The notes beneath the pieces are model-generated. The model did no database searches, was not told the origin of the DNA, and saw only the letters and a program-made list of their open reading frames with translations. A stretch of 63,921 bases of DNA, filler included, from Mitosporidium daphniae (lineage: Eukaryota), in NCBI RefSeq assembly GCF_000760515.2. It is 6 parts of 6 records of this genome, joined end to end, with 100 filler letters (N's around TTAATTAATTAA, not from the genome) between each part and the next. Parts side by side here need not be neighbours in the genome. Positions count along the whole stretch, not along the records: positions 1 to 12,681 come from NW_013546697.1; positions 12,782 to 24,821 come from NW_013546696.1; 4 more parts are not named here. One strand, written 5' to 3'. Made by a program: the position numbers and the translations under genes. This document shows positions 9,240-21,954 of the stretch, one piece after another; positions within the stretch are counted from its first letter, which is position 1, and each line of letters starts with the position of its first letter.

Positions 9240-10730
9240 TTATAAAATAGCTAAAACCATCATCCCCAGAAGGATAGAAAAACAAATCAAAAAATAAGAG
9301 CAAGCCTCTTTCCAGTAAGACCTTGATGTGGGCGGATTTCCTTTTGAAATGAGCAAATAAATGTATGGACCAAAAAACAGTGCAATGTAATTGTCACCGG
9401 TGGCGCCAACGAGCGATAGCACAGCGCCAAATTCGGTCACAAAAAGAGCAAGTATCAAGCAGATGAGGCAATAAATGGACGTGACGCAATAGTGGAACCT
9501 GTCCGACCGCATTCCTCTTTTTGGATGTTGATCTCCGATGAGTGGACTTAAGACTGGAGAGCTCATATCGAGATCCGACAATGGGGCCAAAAGTCGTGAC
9601 TCAGAGGGAGCGTCGGCATCGTGCATAAAATATGTCCATAAATTATGAATCGAGATTTTTATCGGATAAAATTGAATGGGGAAGGCCGAGATGACGATTA
9701 GCAAAAGACACAGGCGCCCCATGAATAAGGAAACGCGAAGAGGATCAAATTGGTCAAGAATGATTGAAAACTCGGAAATCAAGTGGTTTTCGACGTCCCC
9801 ATATTCGTAGGAATCAAATAATTTGCTATCAACCCCGTCCCCCAAAGTAACATACCCGGCTGCTGCTATCAAAAAATAAATCATCCCAACACTGGCAATG
9901 CTGACGACGGATATTTTGTTCAGCTTGCCGATGGATCTTGGCTGCTTTAGCTCGTTAAAAATATTGAACAAGTTGTGGTGGCAAGTGAAGCCAAAAATAA
10001 ATATCGGAATCGATCTTAGAATGCCTTCAAACGACCATTTCCAAAGCGAAATCGGCAGTCTGTCGACAACGTTGAGCCGGAACAGTTGGAAAATCGATTC
10101 GTCAGAATAAAGCAGAAACAGGGCAAAATAAGCAAGTATCATCAGCAGGATGTAGACGACGCACATGATTGCCAGTATTGACATGAACTTGAGGGCGCGC
10201 AAGGTTTTAAGACAGCACAATGGGAATAGAACGAAAAGCATCGTTGCGACGATGCTAAATTGTCTGGGCTCAAATCCAAAAAACAGCATATCGTCGTAAG
10301 CCTCGTAAAACAAAGAATACACAAACAAATACAGCGAAGGGATCGAATTCCCAACAAGAATCAGGTATGACAGACATACACCCCAGCCTTGGATGATGAT
10401 CGACAAATCAACAGACAAACGGAGCCTTGGGGCATATTTTGTTGCCGCCGAAAAATAACTTGTTTGGCGGCCTGAAAGCGAACAGGCGGTAATGGATAAA
10501 CAATGCAGCGAAAACATCACAATCAGTGTGCAAATTAGCATCCAAACAAAGCCATGGACCAGCCCCAATTTGGAAATGGCGTAGGGCATTGCAATCAGGC
10601 CGCTGCCGATGCAGGTGTTGATGAGAGTTAGTACACTGCCGAAGACCGTTTGTCCGCCCTGCGGTTCATCCAAAATGACATCGCACGATGAAACGCTTAT
10701 CGGGGAATATTCAACCAGGTGTTTATGCAT
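9240..10730 (-). CDS. Amino-acid transporter, AVT/Aa_trans family
   Basis: SVLTLINTCIGSGLIAMPYA, IPIFIFGFTCHHN, AAAGYVTLG, VLSLVGATG; about 11 hydrophobic helices. Confidence 0.9.
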   Translation of the reverse strand: MHKHLVEYSPISVSSCDVILDEPQGGQTVFGSVLTLINTCIGSGLIAMPYAISKLGLVHGFVWMLICTLIVMFSLHCLSITACSLSGRQTSYFSAATKYAPRLRLSVDLSIIIQGWGVCLSYLILVGNSIPSLYLFVYSLFYEAYDDMLFFGFEPRQFSIVATMLFVLFPLCCLKTLRALKFMSILAIMCVVYILLMILAYFALFLLYSDESIFQLFRLNVVDRLPISLWKWSFEGILRSIPIFIFGFTCHHNLFNIFNELKQPRSIGKLNKISVVSIASVGMIYFLIAAAGYVTLGDGVDSKLFDSYEYGDVENHLISEFSIILDQFDPLRVSLFMGRLCLLLIVISAFPIQFYPIKISIHNLWTYFMHDADAPSESRLLAPLSDLDMSSPVLSPLIGDQHPKRGMRSDRFHYCVTSIYCLICLILALFVTEFGAVLSLVGATGDNYIALFFGPYIYLLISKGNPPTSRSYWKEACSYFLICFSILLGMMVLAIL

Positions 10731-10908
10731 CACAACTCTTCAAAATGGTGCGCTTTTATCATTGTGATGACAAACTTTATTTTGTGATGCATTGCCAGAT
10801 CTATGCCCGTTCAAGATGCTGGCGATCGATAGTTCGGATTTAAAATTCAATTGGTTGAAATTTGATATTTAAAGGACCTTTTGTAATTACAAAATATTTC
10901 CGTTTGCC

Positions 10909-11604
10909 ATGTTCTCCCCCTCCAAGTTCATGTCGCAGTTCCTGGTCATTGCGATCACTTGCCAACTCGTCTTGTTTTTTGATGGGATTTTTAGAAATAA
11001 TACAGAGCCTGCCAGCAACATTTCGGCCTTGATAAATATCAAGCCCGTTTTGATTTTCGGGCCTCCAGGAAATCAGATCAACCTGTGGTCGCATACATAC
11101 TACTCCAGCGACTCCCCAAATCGGTCTTTGCTTGGCGAAGATAGCGAATCTTCTCCAGAAAAAGATGCTTTCATGAATTTTAAGGAAAGCTTAAAGGAAA
11201 TCCTCAAACAGAAGAGGCTTTCTCTCGCAAATCCAATGACACCCCCAACTGGCGGGGTTCTTTCATTTTTGCCTGTCCAGCTTTCCGCCCCCGCTCCATA
11301 TGATATATACATCATCCTTTATACTCTTTTCCTTGCCTTTGTCGCTACTATGATCTTTTCGGTGGTCGCCAAAATGTGTTCCATCGGCCAGGCTAACATT
11401 TTGGCGATCTTTTTTACTTTTCTTGCCATGTGCTTCTTTTTAAGTACGCTGGTTATTATTTATTGCCAAATCCTGACTGTATTTTCGTTCAAGTCCTTTG
11501 GATTGGGATTTTATCTGTGGTGTATTTCTGGATCATGTTTGATGTTCGCACTGTTGATCGGGGTGTTCTCGCCCCTGATTCCTAATTTTATCTCCAATAA
11601 ATAA
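10909..11604 (+). CDS. Multi-pass membrane protein, possibly claudin/SUR7-PalI-like
   Basis: One N-terminal TM segment, a luminal loop and three C-terminal TM segments ending FGLGFYLWCISG; AATAAA overlaps the stop. Confidence 0.55.
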   Translation: MFSPSKFMSQFLVIAITCQLVLFFDGIFRNNTEPASNISALINIKPVLIFGPPGNQINLWSHTYYSSDSPNRSLLGEDSESSPEKDAFMNFKESLKEILKQKRLSLANPMTPPTGGVLSFLPVQLSAPAPYDIYIILYTLFLAFVATMIFSVVAKMCSIGQANILAIFFTFLAMCFFLSTLVIIYCQILTVFSFKSFGLGFYLWCISGSCLMFALLIGVFSPLIPNFISNK

Positions 11605-11640
11605 ATTTAATTGAAATCTTTTTTATTTCCACGCAACAAT

Positions 11641-12174
11641 ATGACCTCTTGGCGGAGAGACCGGATTGTTTTCGTCGATCCGGACGACTCTTCCGTTCCT
11701 TTTTGGTGGCCGGCCTTGGTATGAACCTTGGCGTCTTTTTTGTAGGTTGTCCCGTTTGAAGAGCTCGCAATATTTAAGGATGCCATGGGCGCAACGATCC
11801 CATCCTTGCATCCCGGCCAGCAATTGGTGTGCTACTTTGAGGATGGATCCTAGTACGTTTTTGTGTTTTCTAATTATAGCTCCGTCGTTCGTGATCGCGA
11901 CCTCGTGGCATTTTGCCCAACAGAAGATCCATTCCTTACATATTCACGAATGCAGAATGTGGGCAAAGCAAAGCGCGCCTTAAACCCAACCACAACTCCA
12001 GCATCTCTGTTTTTGCAGGATAGAGCCGTCCAGCTGGCATTACAATATTGGGACACCGGGGTGGCCCCCTCGTATTTCAAATGGCTGCCGTTTGCATATT
12101 CGGACGCCAAACTGGAAGGGAAAATTGCAAAGGGAAACTTTAAGGGCAATGACGATTCAAGTTTATCCCATTAA
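11641..12174 (+). CDS. Small PWWP-domain protein; introns 11719-11745 and 11853-11879
   Basis: Spliced product MTSWRRDRIVFVDPDDSSVPFWWPALVVP...LVCYFEDGSYSVV; not captured as one ORF in the track. Confidence 0.7.
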
Positions 12175-12388
12175 AAATTCACATAGTCCTCAGCATGGCT
12201 TCCGTCTGCATGTGGAATTGAAGGCCAATTCCATTAGTGCAAGGATGAAATTTTAGTTGCATCATCATTGGACAATAAAATAAAATTAAATAAAATAAAT
12301 CGGTTTGAATTGAATTAAACCAAGCTAGGGTGTGCCAAGTTGAAGGGTATTCTGATGTGAAATTTATATTCGAGGCATCACAATGTAA

Positions 12389-12681
12389 ATGGGGTTCATC
12401 GGTGAATTGCCTGGTCTGATCTATGACCCGGAAAAGAAAAAATACTTTAAAAAGGCGCCGGTGGAGACTCGAAAGCACATCCAACCCCATGCTTTTGTAC
12501 CCACCATCTCCCCATCTTCTTTGCTGCAGCCTTTGATTTATAGCCAAATATATGATAAGAATTATTGTCCTCGCCAACCGGAATCAATAATCGTGGGATC
12601 GTTGCCCAATCCAGTGGAAATTCAGTATCCCTATATAAAGCTATTTGTAAGCCCTTTTATTTATTGGTCTAGGATGTCGGC
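12389..12681 (+). CDS. DCAF4/WDR21-like protein, 5' fragment (cut by gap)
   Basis: N-terminal ELPGLIYDPEKKKYFK resembles the conserved DCAF4 N-terminal motif. Confidence 0.55.
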
Positions 12682-12781
12682 NNNNNNNNNNNNNNNNNNN
12701 NNNNNNNNNNNNNNNNNNNNNNNNNTTAATTAATTAANNNNNNNNNNNNNNNNNNNNNNNNNNNNNNNNNNNNNNNNNNNN
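12682..12781. other. Artificial contig spacer (N-TTAATTAATTAA-N, 100 nt)
   Basis: Identical spacers at 24822-24921, 36894-36993, 48690-48789 and 60463-60562; contig lengths decrease in order. Confidence 0.97.
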
Positions 12782-13922
12782 TTGAGATGCTACAGAAACC
12801 CCCGAACCACCAAAGATTGCGCCACTAGTGTCTGATTTAAAGAAAAGCTCCCCGATTGATGACGAAAAAATCGAGCCCGCTTTTGATACAAAAGTCGCAC
12901 CAGCAATGGACTTTCAATTAAAAATTGATCATCAAGCGGCAACTTTGAGTTCTTTTTCATTTCCAGCACTCAATTTAAAACCGCTATTTTCTATTTCTGT
13001 AGCATCTCAAGAGATCGCGAAGCAAATTGTACATTCAACACCATCAATCGAAAGTAGGACCATTATTGAGGAGCTGCCGACAAGCTCTCTTCTAGAAGAC
13101 AAGCCCAACACTCATCCTAATACTTTGCATATCGAGGAGGTCAAAAAAATCATCGAGCTTCCAGATGAGGGTGCTGACAAAAAGTTGCAGGGGGACACTG
13201 ACAAATTTGACGATTCCACTAAAGTTGAAGCAATTCAAACGCCCGCTGAAAATACATCCCTTTCAAACGACAAAGTACCTATCGTGGGAATAGCAGAGGA
13301 TGCTGCTTTGAAATTCGGCTCAATTACCTTAGAATCAATCAATGACCCTTTAAAGAACAAACCAAATCCCTTTGATCAAATGCATGCTTCTATTTTCCCG
13401 AAATCTAGCCCTATCTCTTCGGTATTCACTTCCGCTTTAAGTTCAACCAGTTTACCTGCTGAAAGCCAAAAGATTGAGATGCAAACCAGCCTTAATGCCT
13501 CAGCACCTATATCCAGTTCCACCTTTGGTGCTTCTTCGTTTGGAGCACAATCTTCCTTCGGAAATACCACAGCACTTGGAACTTCACCATTTAATAACTC
13601 CTCCTCCTCTTCTTCTTTCCCTTGCTTTGGAGCCACCACATTTGGAACTTCATCCTTTGGAACTTCGGCAACTGCATCGAACCCATTAAATTACGGCGGT
13701 TCTACATCTTCTGCCTCATTTTCAAGAACACCAGTCAGTAGTGAAGGAAGCCAATTCGCGGCCTTAGCTTCATCACAAAATTCGACAATATTTTCAACCG
13801 ATAATTCAGAAATTACCTTAGCACCATTTATTCCATCGCATACTATCAATGTTGCTAAAGAGGTACAGAAAAATCCGTCAAATAAGCCATCGTCTGGTTT
13901 ATTTACCAAGTTCAGGGACTAA
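12782..13922 (+). CDS. FG-repeat nucleoporin C-terminal fragment (Nup214/Nup159-like)
   Basis: S/T-rich region with TFG/SFG repeats near the C-terminus, ending LFTKFRD; 5' part lost in the gap. Confidence 0.6.
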
Positions 13923-14720
13923 TAAATAACTTCCACTCTCTATTTAAAATGAATCTCAAGTAACTGCACATTAAAACCTGGATCTTATTCTTGGCTGCTA
14001 TTGTTTAAAGGAACGCTTAAACGTTAGGATTATTATGCTTTATATTTTAATAAACGAAATTATGGAAAGGTACATTTAATCTGAGCGGCTTTGGGGTGAG
14101 AGTTCCCGGTATTAGGTTTTAATTGACTTTTAATCTTACAGCGCGAGAAAGCCCAAGTTTAGCCTATCACTATGTGTTATTTCATCATAAAAACGGAATT
14201 ATGGCGAATGAGATACTTGACGGTGCGAAGAGCCATCAACTGAGCGTGGGATTGGCCAGCCAGCTCAGTATTAGACGTAAATCAATAGATGTCAGCAGTT
14301 CAATGGTTCAATCAAAAACCGAAATACTTCCAAGGGTGCTAATTAATGGATTCATGCTCTGAAACTAAAAACAGCAACCACAGGATGTGGTGTTACAAGT
14401 TTAAATATGTAGATTAATTTAGCTCGATTAGATGAATTACTGCTGAAAGTGCATCAGCAGTGTGCAAAATCTAAAGAAATTCTCGAAAATATTATATAGT
14501 GTTCGATAGGCGCTGTTGAAGGTTATGAAGCTTATCGTTAATCGGTGGTGAGTTTAACCACACAATTTTAGGTCATTTAATTGCCATATTAAAATTTAAA
14601 CCTTGTAAAATGTAGCAAAATCTCGGCACGTTTAAATGCACAATTTGTCTTTACTCGATTGGTGCAAATCAGGGGCCAATAATCCTCATTGTAATAATAT
14701 TAATTAAAAATTTGCAATTT

Positions 14721-17700
14721 ATGCTATCCATCTACACTTTTCTTTGCTTAAATGAGTATCATCAATAATTTTATCAAATTTGGGCTCTTTTTAGCTTCTC
14801 ATGTTTTTGTAGACTAAAAATTACAAGTAAAAAATATTTTTGAGCTCATAGCAGGCGATTTGAAGAACAAAATCGAGCCGATACAAACAAGGCCTTGAAT
14901 ACGATCTTTTTGCTTTCTAAGAAAACTTTACTCAACGAAATATACGCCATTAACTCAGACTTCTACGATAATATTATGGATACAATCATATAGGCCTCTA
15001 ACTTTGATCCATGTTCTATTTATGGGAAGATAAGGGCGTTGAAAATCTTGCCATCCAATACTGACTTAAAGGTCTTTGGAGATGAGACAAACTTTGTCTT
15101 TTCTAGTGTGAACCTACAGAACATTCAATTTTGGGTGAAATTTTCAAGGTCGTCTCTCTTGATCCCAAACATAATTATTTATGGAAGGTCCTCATTTAGA
15201 ATGGTGGAAATCGGTTAGAATATCACCCAGGATACCAAATTGGCCCAAAGGAAAAATATTCACCCGTGGTCATATATGAGGGTTCTCGATTTCTTATCAC
15301 TCAAAACTGGGTTGAAGCCGCATTGAATTTTGGAAATCATAAAAAGGTTATCACGAACTTCTATCCCAGACTTTTGGGCGATTTTCATCAATCAAAAGTA
15401 AAATATGACGTTTTTATTGATGCCTAAACAACAGAAACAGACAGGTGCTTTTTCATCGTACCATCGATATTTTACCTTTAAGCTTGTGAAGAGCGGATAT
15501 AAAAAGATCTTTGCAGCTGCATTTTCAAGTGTCATGCAGCATTTTGTATCTCAAGAATCCTCTTATTTTGTTCCAGAATCAAATCTGTCCAAGTATTTCA
15601 TTTATTGTACATGGAAATCAAGCTAGTCAATTAAAATGCACGAAGAAGCCAACAACTTTATCTATAAAGCATTTTTATCTGATAAGAATGTATTGAACGA
15701 GAAGAGAAAGGTTTACTTTTTAATATGGAATGTCGATCTTGCCGATATGATGTTCAAATATCTGGTTGAAACGAAATAGTATGCCTTTTTGGGCATCTAC
15801 AAGTAGTTTACGACAAATTCCAAATTGTCAAGGAGAAAATTATTTTCGACGCCGTTCCTAAAACATAGTAGATAATACAGGCATAAAAACATTTTTTTCA
15901 ACATGATTGGAAGCATGTCTGGCTCGAATTTCACGAAAAGCTACCCGCTAATGAGACGTTTTATTGAGAGCTTCCCCATTTCGAGTATGAAAATGGAGCT
16001 TATGATTCTGGAAATTTCAATGAATTTTCAAATTCGATTTTTCATTTTTTAAGTAACGAAATCGGATATCAGCAATGCTTTATGGGCAAAGAAATTTATC
16101 TGATTTCATATCTGGATTCGCTGAAATTTTGGGTCATACTGATGCTAAAAAACTGTGCGTCATCTTGTGTCGATAAAATGTGCTTTCTTTGCCTCTTTTT
16201 CACCAAAATACTGGATTTATTGGACTATGAAAGTCATATGTTTATCTACCAGAAGAATATCATTTTGGTTGCAATTTTCTACACCTACAAAGAAAGATAC
16301 ACCCGACATTTAAGGACCTCTTTAAACAACAATGAGTTTGATTTTGATTTTATTTACGATTCGCTATTAGACAAGCCATCACCCGCTTTTTGATCTTTGA
16401 ATCAAATTGATATTCTAAAAAGGACGCTACCATGCAATTTCAATATTTTTTCCCTTCTTTTGAACAATATCGGGGGTTTCTCTAAATTGTTTTCTTTATT
16501 GTTTAAAAACAAAACATACTGTGTGCTTCCAGATGAAGTGGAAAAGTCTTTAAAATTTTGTCTGATTAATAATCACTGAAGCGATCCTAATTATGAGGCA
16601 TCTCATTATATAATAATGGCATATATTTTAACAGCAATTGCGAACCCTATTGGCGCCAAGAATTCCAATAATACTGTGCTTCCGAAAACCTACTTACTTG
16701 ATCGAAATTATTACAATTTCTTGCACATTCTTTGTAAAGTATCCTGCTTTCGTACACACGGTTTGCTTGTTTCAGAGCCAACACGTATTTTGAGTATTAA
16801 ACTTTCCATTAATACTAGGCGAAATTTCCACCTAAAAGCAGATGGTTACACAAAAACTCTATAAATTTCATCACCGTCGGCGAAGGAAAAAGACCTTTGC
16901 ACTTGATCAGTCTGGATCACACTTTTTTCATTGTTTCTTATTTTCTGAATTATTTACAAGAAGATTCTGCTTTTGCCTTATCTGATGGTGGAATGAAAAC
17001 AATTTATGGCTTGTTGCTCAACCGATTGGCACCTATTGAAAGGCTTGTAAAGATCCTGCCTCGATTTATCCAATATTTTTTGTTCCGGATCAATAGAATT
17101 TTTAAAATATAGAATACTCTAGATGGTAAGGTCAATGAGGCTCTACCTCTGGCTATGCGATATTTTTTTCTTTGGAAGCATAAAACCTACCAAGAAATTT
17201 CCATACATAGCAATCACACTGAAAGGCTTAGGCTTTTAGCCAATTATCAAATCATTCTAAATCGTTTGATGTCGATTGAAAAAATCGAGCTCTACATTGG
17301 CGATTTTGAAAACGGTTTCTTAAGCGCATTTGAGCCAATTTTTGCCTTTATCAGGCTTAATACTTTGGTACTTGAGGGAAAGTTTTTAATCTGTCCAATA
17401 GCCATCACTTCTATTTTCGGTGATATCTACTTTTGAACTCATAAAGTGGTTCTTTTTCAAGGACGAAACTCGCTATGTTCTTGGCATGTATTACGATCAT
17501 TGGAAGCTTCCCTCCTCTAACTCTAAATGCGCACGCCAAACAGAAAAAGGAATCCAAAATTTGGCCAATGGAAATATTCTGGTTGATGGAGAACGGATAC
17601 AACTTTCGGGGTTTCCATTCAGCAACCAGCGTTTATGGAATATTATGAATTTCTCAGAAACGATAATTATAAGCTAGAAGCTACGCTACCTCGGCGTCAA

Positions 17701-18082
17701 GATGATAAATCAATATTCCGGATGCTCAAATATAACAGCATGCATTTCTTTGCAAATGCAAGCGATGCTTTTTTAGTAAAGGATGATGAGAGTTGCATTT
17801 ACATTCATTTCTCTCGGCCTCGCGGCTGCAGCCACCTACCGCTTACGGAAAATGTAGCAAAATCATGTAGGCGCTGAACAAAAGGAAAAATGAGATAAAT
17901 CAACAACACTTGCGTTGCAAGTTGGTACTCGTGACGTGATAACGACTGCTCAACCAAATGTCACTAAAGGTGGAAGCTTGCGTAAACCCGATGGCAACTC
18001 AGCTTCTGCTTGCCACGCTGGTCTTGTTGAGACCGCTGTGGCAGTCATATTCTTGCTTTTTCTAGCAGTAGAGCGAGGATGA
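14721..18082 (+). pseudogene. Large AT-rich fragmented coding region (probable pseudogene or frameshift-ridden assembly)
   Basis: About ten short ORFs tile the + strand with frame switches and almost none on the - strand; ends in hydrophobic AVAVIFLLFLAV followed by an AATAAA cluster. Confidence 0.5.
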
Positions 18083-18732
18083 TGCCAATTTTTTAATAAA
18101 ATAAATAAATCAACACCCTAAGCCTCGGATCTTTTTGAATACTGGAATAGATTTTCCAATCCGGGTTCTTAAATTTTCGGTTCCACAGCAATTTTCAAGA
18201 TCGAGTTTTTGGGGCATGTAGCCGTTTTCAGGTAGTTATTTCAGAATGCTTGCCGTATTCATTCAATATAAAGCGCATCACATGCGCAGCACAGCCGCAC
18301 TACTAAGTAACAAAGTTTAGAATTTCACGATGCTCCCGAAACTTGGCTCTACATGGCTGCAAATTGTACACGACACAAGGTAAATTTAAATTTTAACCCT
18401 AATGTAAATCAACCAATCAAAACGAATGTTGCAATCCGTTGCTTCAATCTGTTGTTAGCTTCAAGTCCAAAACACGGGGAAGGTCAACTCGTATGAAATC
18501 AATATGGGTCTAGTAATCCGCAGAGCAGATTTCATATAAAATTTAGGATCGTTTGACACCATATCAAACGCAGTTCTAGTGATATCTGCAAATCAGATGC
18601 GCGTTCAAATTGCAGGCATGAGGAAGGAGCCCGCGCATGCCAAATGGGATCCAAAGAGCTCCCCCGCCCCATAATGGCATTATAAGATTATTATTTACTT
18701 TATTATATTAACAGTTAATATCGACAGATGAA

Positions 18733-19890
18733 TTAATTGTCAAGATACGAAGCATCATCATCAGAATCTGAGGGATCACGGCGACGTCTGCGACTGTGTT
18801 TTGAGCCAGATGGGTGCTTTTTCTCATTTTTGGAGACAGTGGAATTAGTTGAGGAGACTTTGGATTCAGTCTTTTCAGTTTTACTCTTGGAACCAGAAAA
18901 TGAATTGACACTTGCTTGTAGAGCCTTGAGGGAGGCCAGTTGAACAAACATAGACATAACGACAGGCTGGATTTGCGAAACGGAGGGGATGAGCTTCATG
19001 AGCTTTTCCTTGGACTTGAAGATAGAAGGATCGATTTTGGAAATGTCGGGAAGCAATTTAGATATCCCATTTTCAAAGACTCGAGAGGCTTGTTCCAAGG
19101 CTGTATCACTATATCCTATCAAAGGAAGGATTCCATAAGCTATTCCCTGCCCCAAGTATTTTGCAATCGAAAGATCGGTATGCTCCATCCAAGCTGACAA
19201 ATGGTCAAAAATGGCAACAAGGTCATCAATAAGTGGCCCTCCAATTGAGGGGGCCAAATTTACAACTAATAAAAAGAGAGACTCGAAGATCGAATAAAAA
19301 TTTCTTCTTATTGCTTCAAACCCAGATAGCTCTCCTGACGTGATGGAATCAGTGGTTCTAAGGATGAGTTCAATTCTTTCCTTCGGAAGCAGCTCTTCAA
19401 GCACAGGGGCAATATTGGAAACGATGGGGTCAATTGCTTGCGTTGCAATGAATTTCAACATTTGAGAAGCTACTGTGGGATCAACGAACCCAGAAAGAAA
19501 GGCGTCTAATGGAGAACCTGTCTTGAACTTTTCTGGTGTCTTCAAAGGTGAAGGCTTTGCATTGGGTTTATCTTCAACATTTGCTGGCTTTTGTTGATTT
19601 TGCGTAATTGGCGTGTCTTTCTTTTCCGCTGGTTTCGAGCTCCCTGTAAATTTGGGCACATTTTCCGAAGTGGGATTTGTCTTTTTAAAAATAGAAAAGA
19701 CCCCTGGAATGGATGAATCTCGGCTGAATATATTCGAGTATTTTACAGTAAGAAAAAGCAGCAAAAAGATCATCAATAAAATCGTAACCAAGTTCTTTAA
19801 AAGTCTGGTTTTTCTTGGACCCGTGGCCTTCTCATCCAAAGGCCTGTAAGAATACGTGGGGAGGGCAATATTTTGATCGATTCGAGCCAT
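18733..19890 (-). CDS. Hypothetical type II membrane protein
   Basis: 385-aa intronless ORF; single N-terminal TM (LVTILLMIFLLLFLTV), P/K-rich stalk, helical body, basic/acidic tail. Confidence 0.75.
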   Translation of the reverse strand: MARIDQNIALPTYSYRPLDEKATGPRKTRLLKNLVTILLMIFLLLFLTVKYSNIFSRDSSIPGVFSIFKKTNPTSENVPKFTGSSKPAEKKDTPITQNQQKPANVEDKPNAKPSPLKTPEKFKTGSPLDAFLSGFVDPTVASQMLKFIATQAIDPIVSNIAPVLEELLPKERIELILRTTDSITSGELSGFEAIRRNFYSIFESLFLLVVNLAPSIGGPLIDDLVAIFDHLSAWMEHTDLSIAKYLGQGIAYGILPLIGYSDTALEQASRVFENGISKLLPDISKIDPSIFKSKEKLMKLIPSVSQIQPVVMSMFVQLASLKALQASVNSFSGSKSKTEKTESKVSSTNSTVSKNEKKHPSGSKHSRRRRRDPSDSDDDASYLDN

Positions 19891-20333
19891 ATTGTGTATA
19901 ATAAGTAGGATGGGATGGTTTTCGATGCTAACAAGAGTTAAAAGGGTGCAAAAGAATGGCCACTAGATTCTGCTCAACAGGTCAAAATGTGGACGAACCA
20001 AATGCAACGCAAAATTTTTATCCAATTGGCAATTTAATGCAAATGACCAATTATCTTAAAAACAGTGGCCCTTTAAATTTTAAGCATTGTAAAGTTAAAT
20101 TTTAAATTTATGGTAATTCTGCCGTCCTTTGACGCTTAGAATGTCACATGTAAATATTGTAGAACCCTTTTAGCGGAGCACAACAAGTTAACGCACACGG
20201 TAGCAAGGTCATTTTAATTTTAGAACGCTTCGGACTGTTGCTCGCATTTTTTCATCGAAGATAGGCCTTCATGGCTTGACTCATATGAGGATGTTGAGGG
20301 AAAAGTAATTTATTGCAGTGATATATAGTTTCG

Positions 20334-20546
20334 CTAGCTAATATGTCCAGGGTGTAGACATAAGGTTGGCCAGTTCAATTGGGGCGGTAAACACACTTTT
20401 TGATGATAGGGATTTCCTGCTGCTGTGGAAAGTGGATCGTCCCCGGCTTTGCATTGCTGAAAAGCCGAGTTGACCAAATGAAAAATGTCTCTATGACGTT
20501 CCACTAGGTGGTTGCAGTAAAGGCATGTAATGTATGTGCCACCCAT
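20334..20546 (-). CDS. Small hypothetical protein with CxxC motif (possibly spliced)
   Basis: ATG preceded by an AT-rich AATAAA/TTTTAATTT tract; MGGTYITCLYCNH. Confidence 0.3.
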   Translation of the reverse strand: MGGTYITCLYCNHLVERHRDIFHLVNSAFQQCKAGDDPLSTAAGNPYHQKVCLPPQLNWPTLCLHPGHIS

Positions 20547-20606
20547 TTTGAGGTTTATTCAAAATTAAAAAGTAACAAAAATGCGTCGAAAAGACGGCAT
20601 GCACAG

Positions 20607-21954
20607 CTATGTTGTCTTGCCGAGTTGCCTTTTCATGGCAAGTCTTCGCTCCGCTTGATAAAGAAAAGCATCCAGCAGCGACGCGATGGTATAAATGCCA
20701 CCAATGATGGCAAATAATTGTGCCATAAAAGACAGCCATGAATAGGCATTTTGTTCAGAGTATAGAATTATTAGTGGAGAAATGTCTATGTCAAAGAATA
20801 CACCTACAGAAATAGCATAAAATAGAAAAAAATACCGGGAAGACCTCCAGGTGGCTTGTTCGTCGAATGGGCAGTAGCTGAATATTGATGTGTGGTGATA
20901 GATGCTCCAGAAAGGGATTTTATTTCGGTGGAAACGACTTTGGCAGTGTACAAGAAGGCCATGTCGTCTATACTAGTAAGAAAATATATCAATACATGAA
21001 GATGCTATCTTGAGCGTTCCCTCCAACGGATTGGAAATAAGATTTTTTTTTATCTCATCATCTGAGCTGACAGTATCACCCATGTCCATGGAATAGCCCT
21101 CAACAGAGTCGAAATACAGTTTATCGATGCGATGCGATAAATTAAACCTGTAATCGTCAAATGGTCGGAGGTCATGTAAATGGGCGCTTTCTATTTGGAA
21201 AGAAACACCGGGGGCAATGTGAATATTTCCTGGGATTCTGTTGACCCTAGCATAGCCATGAAGGCGGCAACCTTCTCCCTTTCTGGTGGCCAGAAGCTTC
21301 GATATGCTCTTACTGGGCAGGCACTGTGCACATCAGCTAATTTCACAAAATACCTGCTCAAATGTGGTAAGCGGCGGAAGTGGAATTCCAAGCCTCTTAT
21401 ACGCGCCAATGACCTCGTCGCAGGTGTTGCAGCAATTGATTCCAAATGGAGACTCGGGAGATAGCTCCGTGCCTGCGTAACAACTACCACAGCCATTTTC
21501 TGGAAAACTAGTCTCTTTAAACGAGTCAATATTGATGGAATTTTCCCCCAAAAGCTGGTCTGCAAGAGGAATTCCGTTCGAACCGATACGGACTTTTTCA
21601 ACCGATTTTAAGATGTTCATTTGATGCTCCCCAGCAACATCAATCACGTCGAGTCCAATAGCTATAATTTAAGCGGCGAAATAACTTACTCATACATGGA
21701 AGAGCTGGAAACGTAATGTCAAAATGGAGGATCATCTGTTCCTTGTGCTTCGTATCGACCATAATCTCGGATTCCCAAGTAACCTTTCTGAAATTGATAA
21801 AGCAAGCAACCAATAAAAGGAAGCATAGGATCATTGAGACAATTGAAACTGAAGATAAAATGAGTTTAATAAACAAACCTATCCCGCCAAGGGCAGTTCT
21901 TTGCTTGAAATCATCATTCGGCTTGGCAAATAAGTCAAAATCAATCAGCCCCAT
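20607..21954 (-). CDS. ERV46: ER-Golgi vesicle protein Erv46/ERGIC3 (5 introns)
   Basis: FDLFAKPNDDFKQRTALGG, CGSCYAG, CCNTCDEVIGAY, GEGCRLHG..RVNRIPGNIHIAPG, GLPGVFFDIDISP, C-terminal GKTT. Confidence 0.88.

Noticed and set aside
12726..12737. Recurrent TTAATTAATTAA palindrome inside N runs
   Set aside because: Artificial six-frame-stop linker between concatenated contigs; not biological
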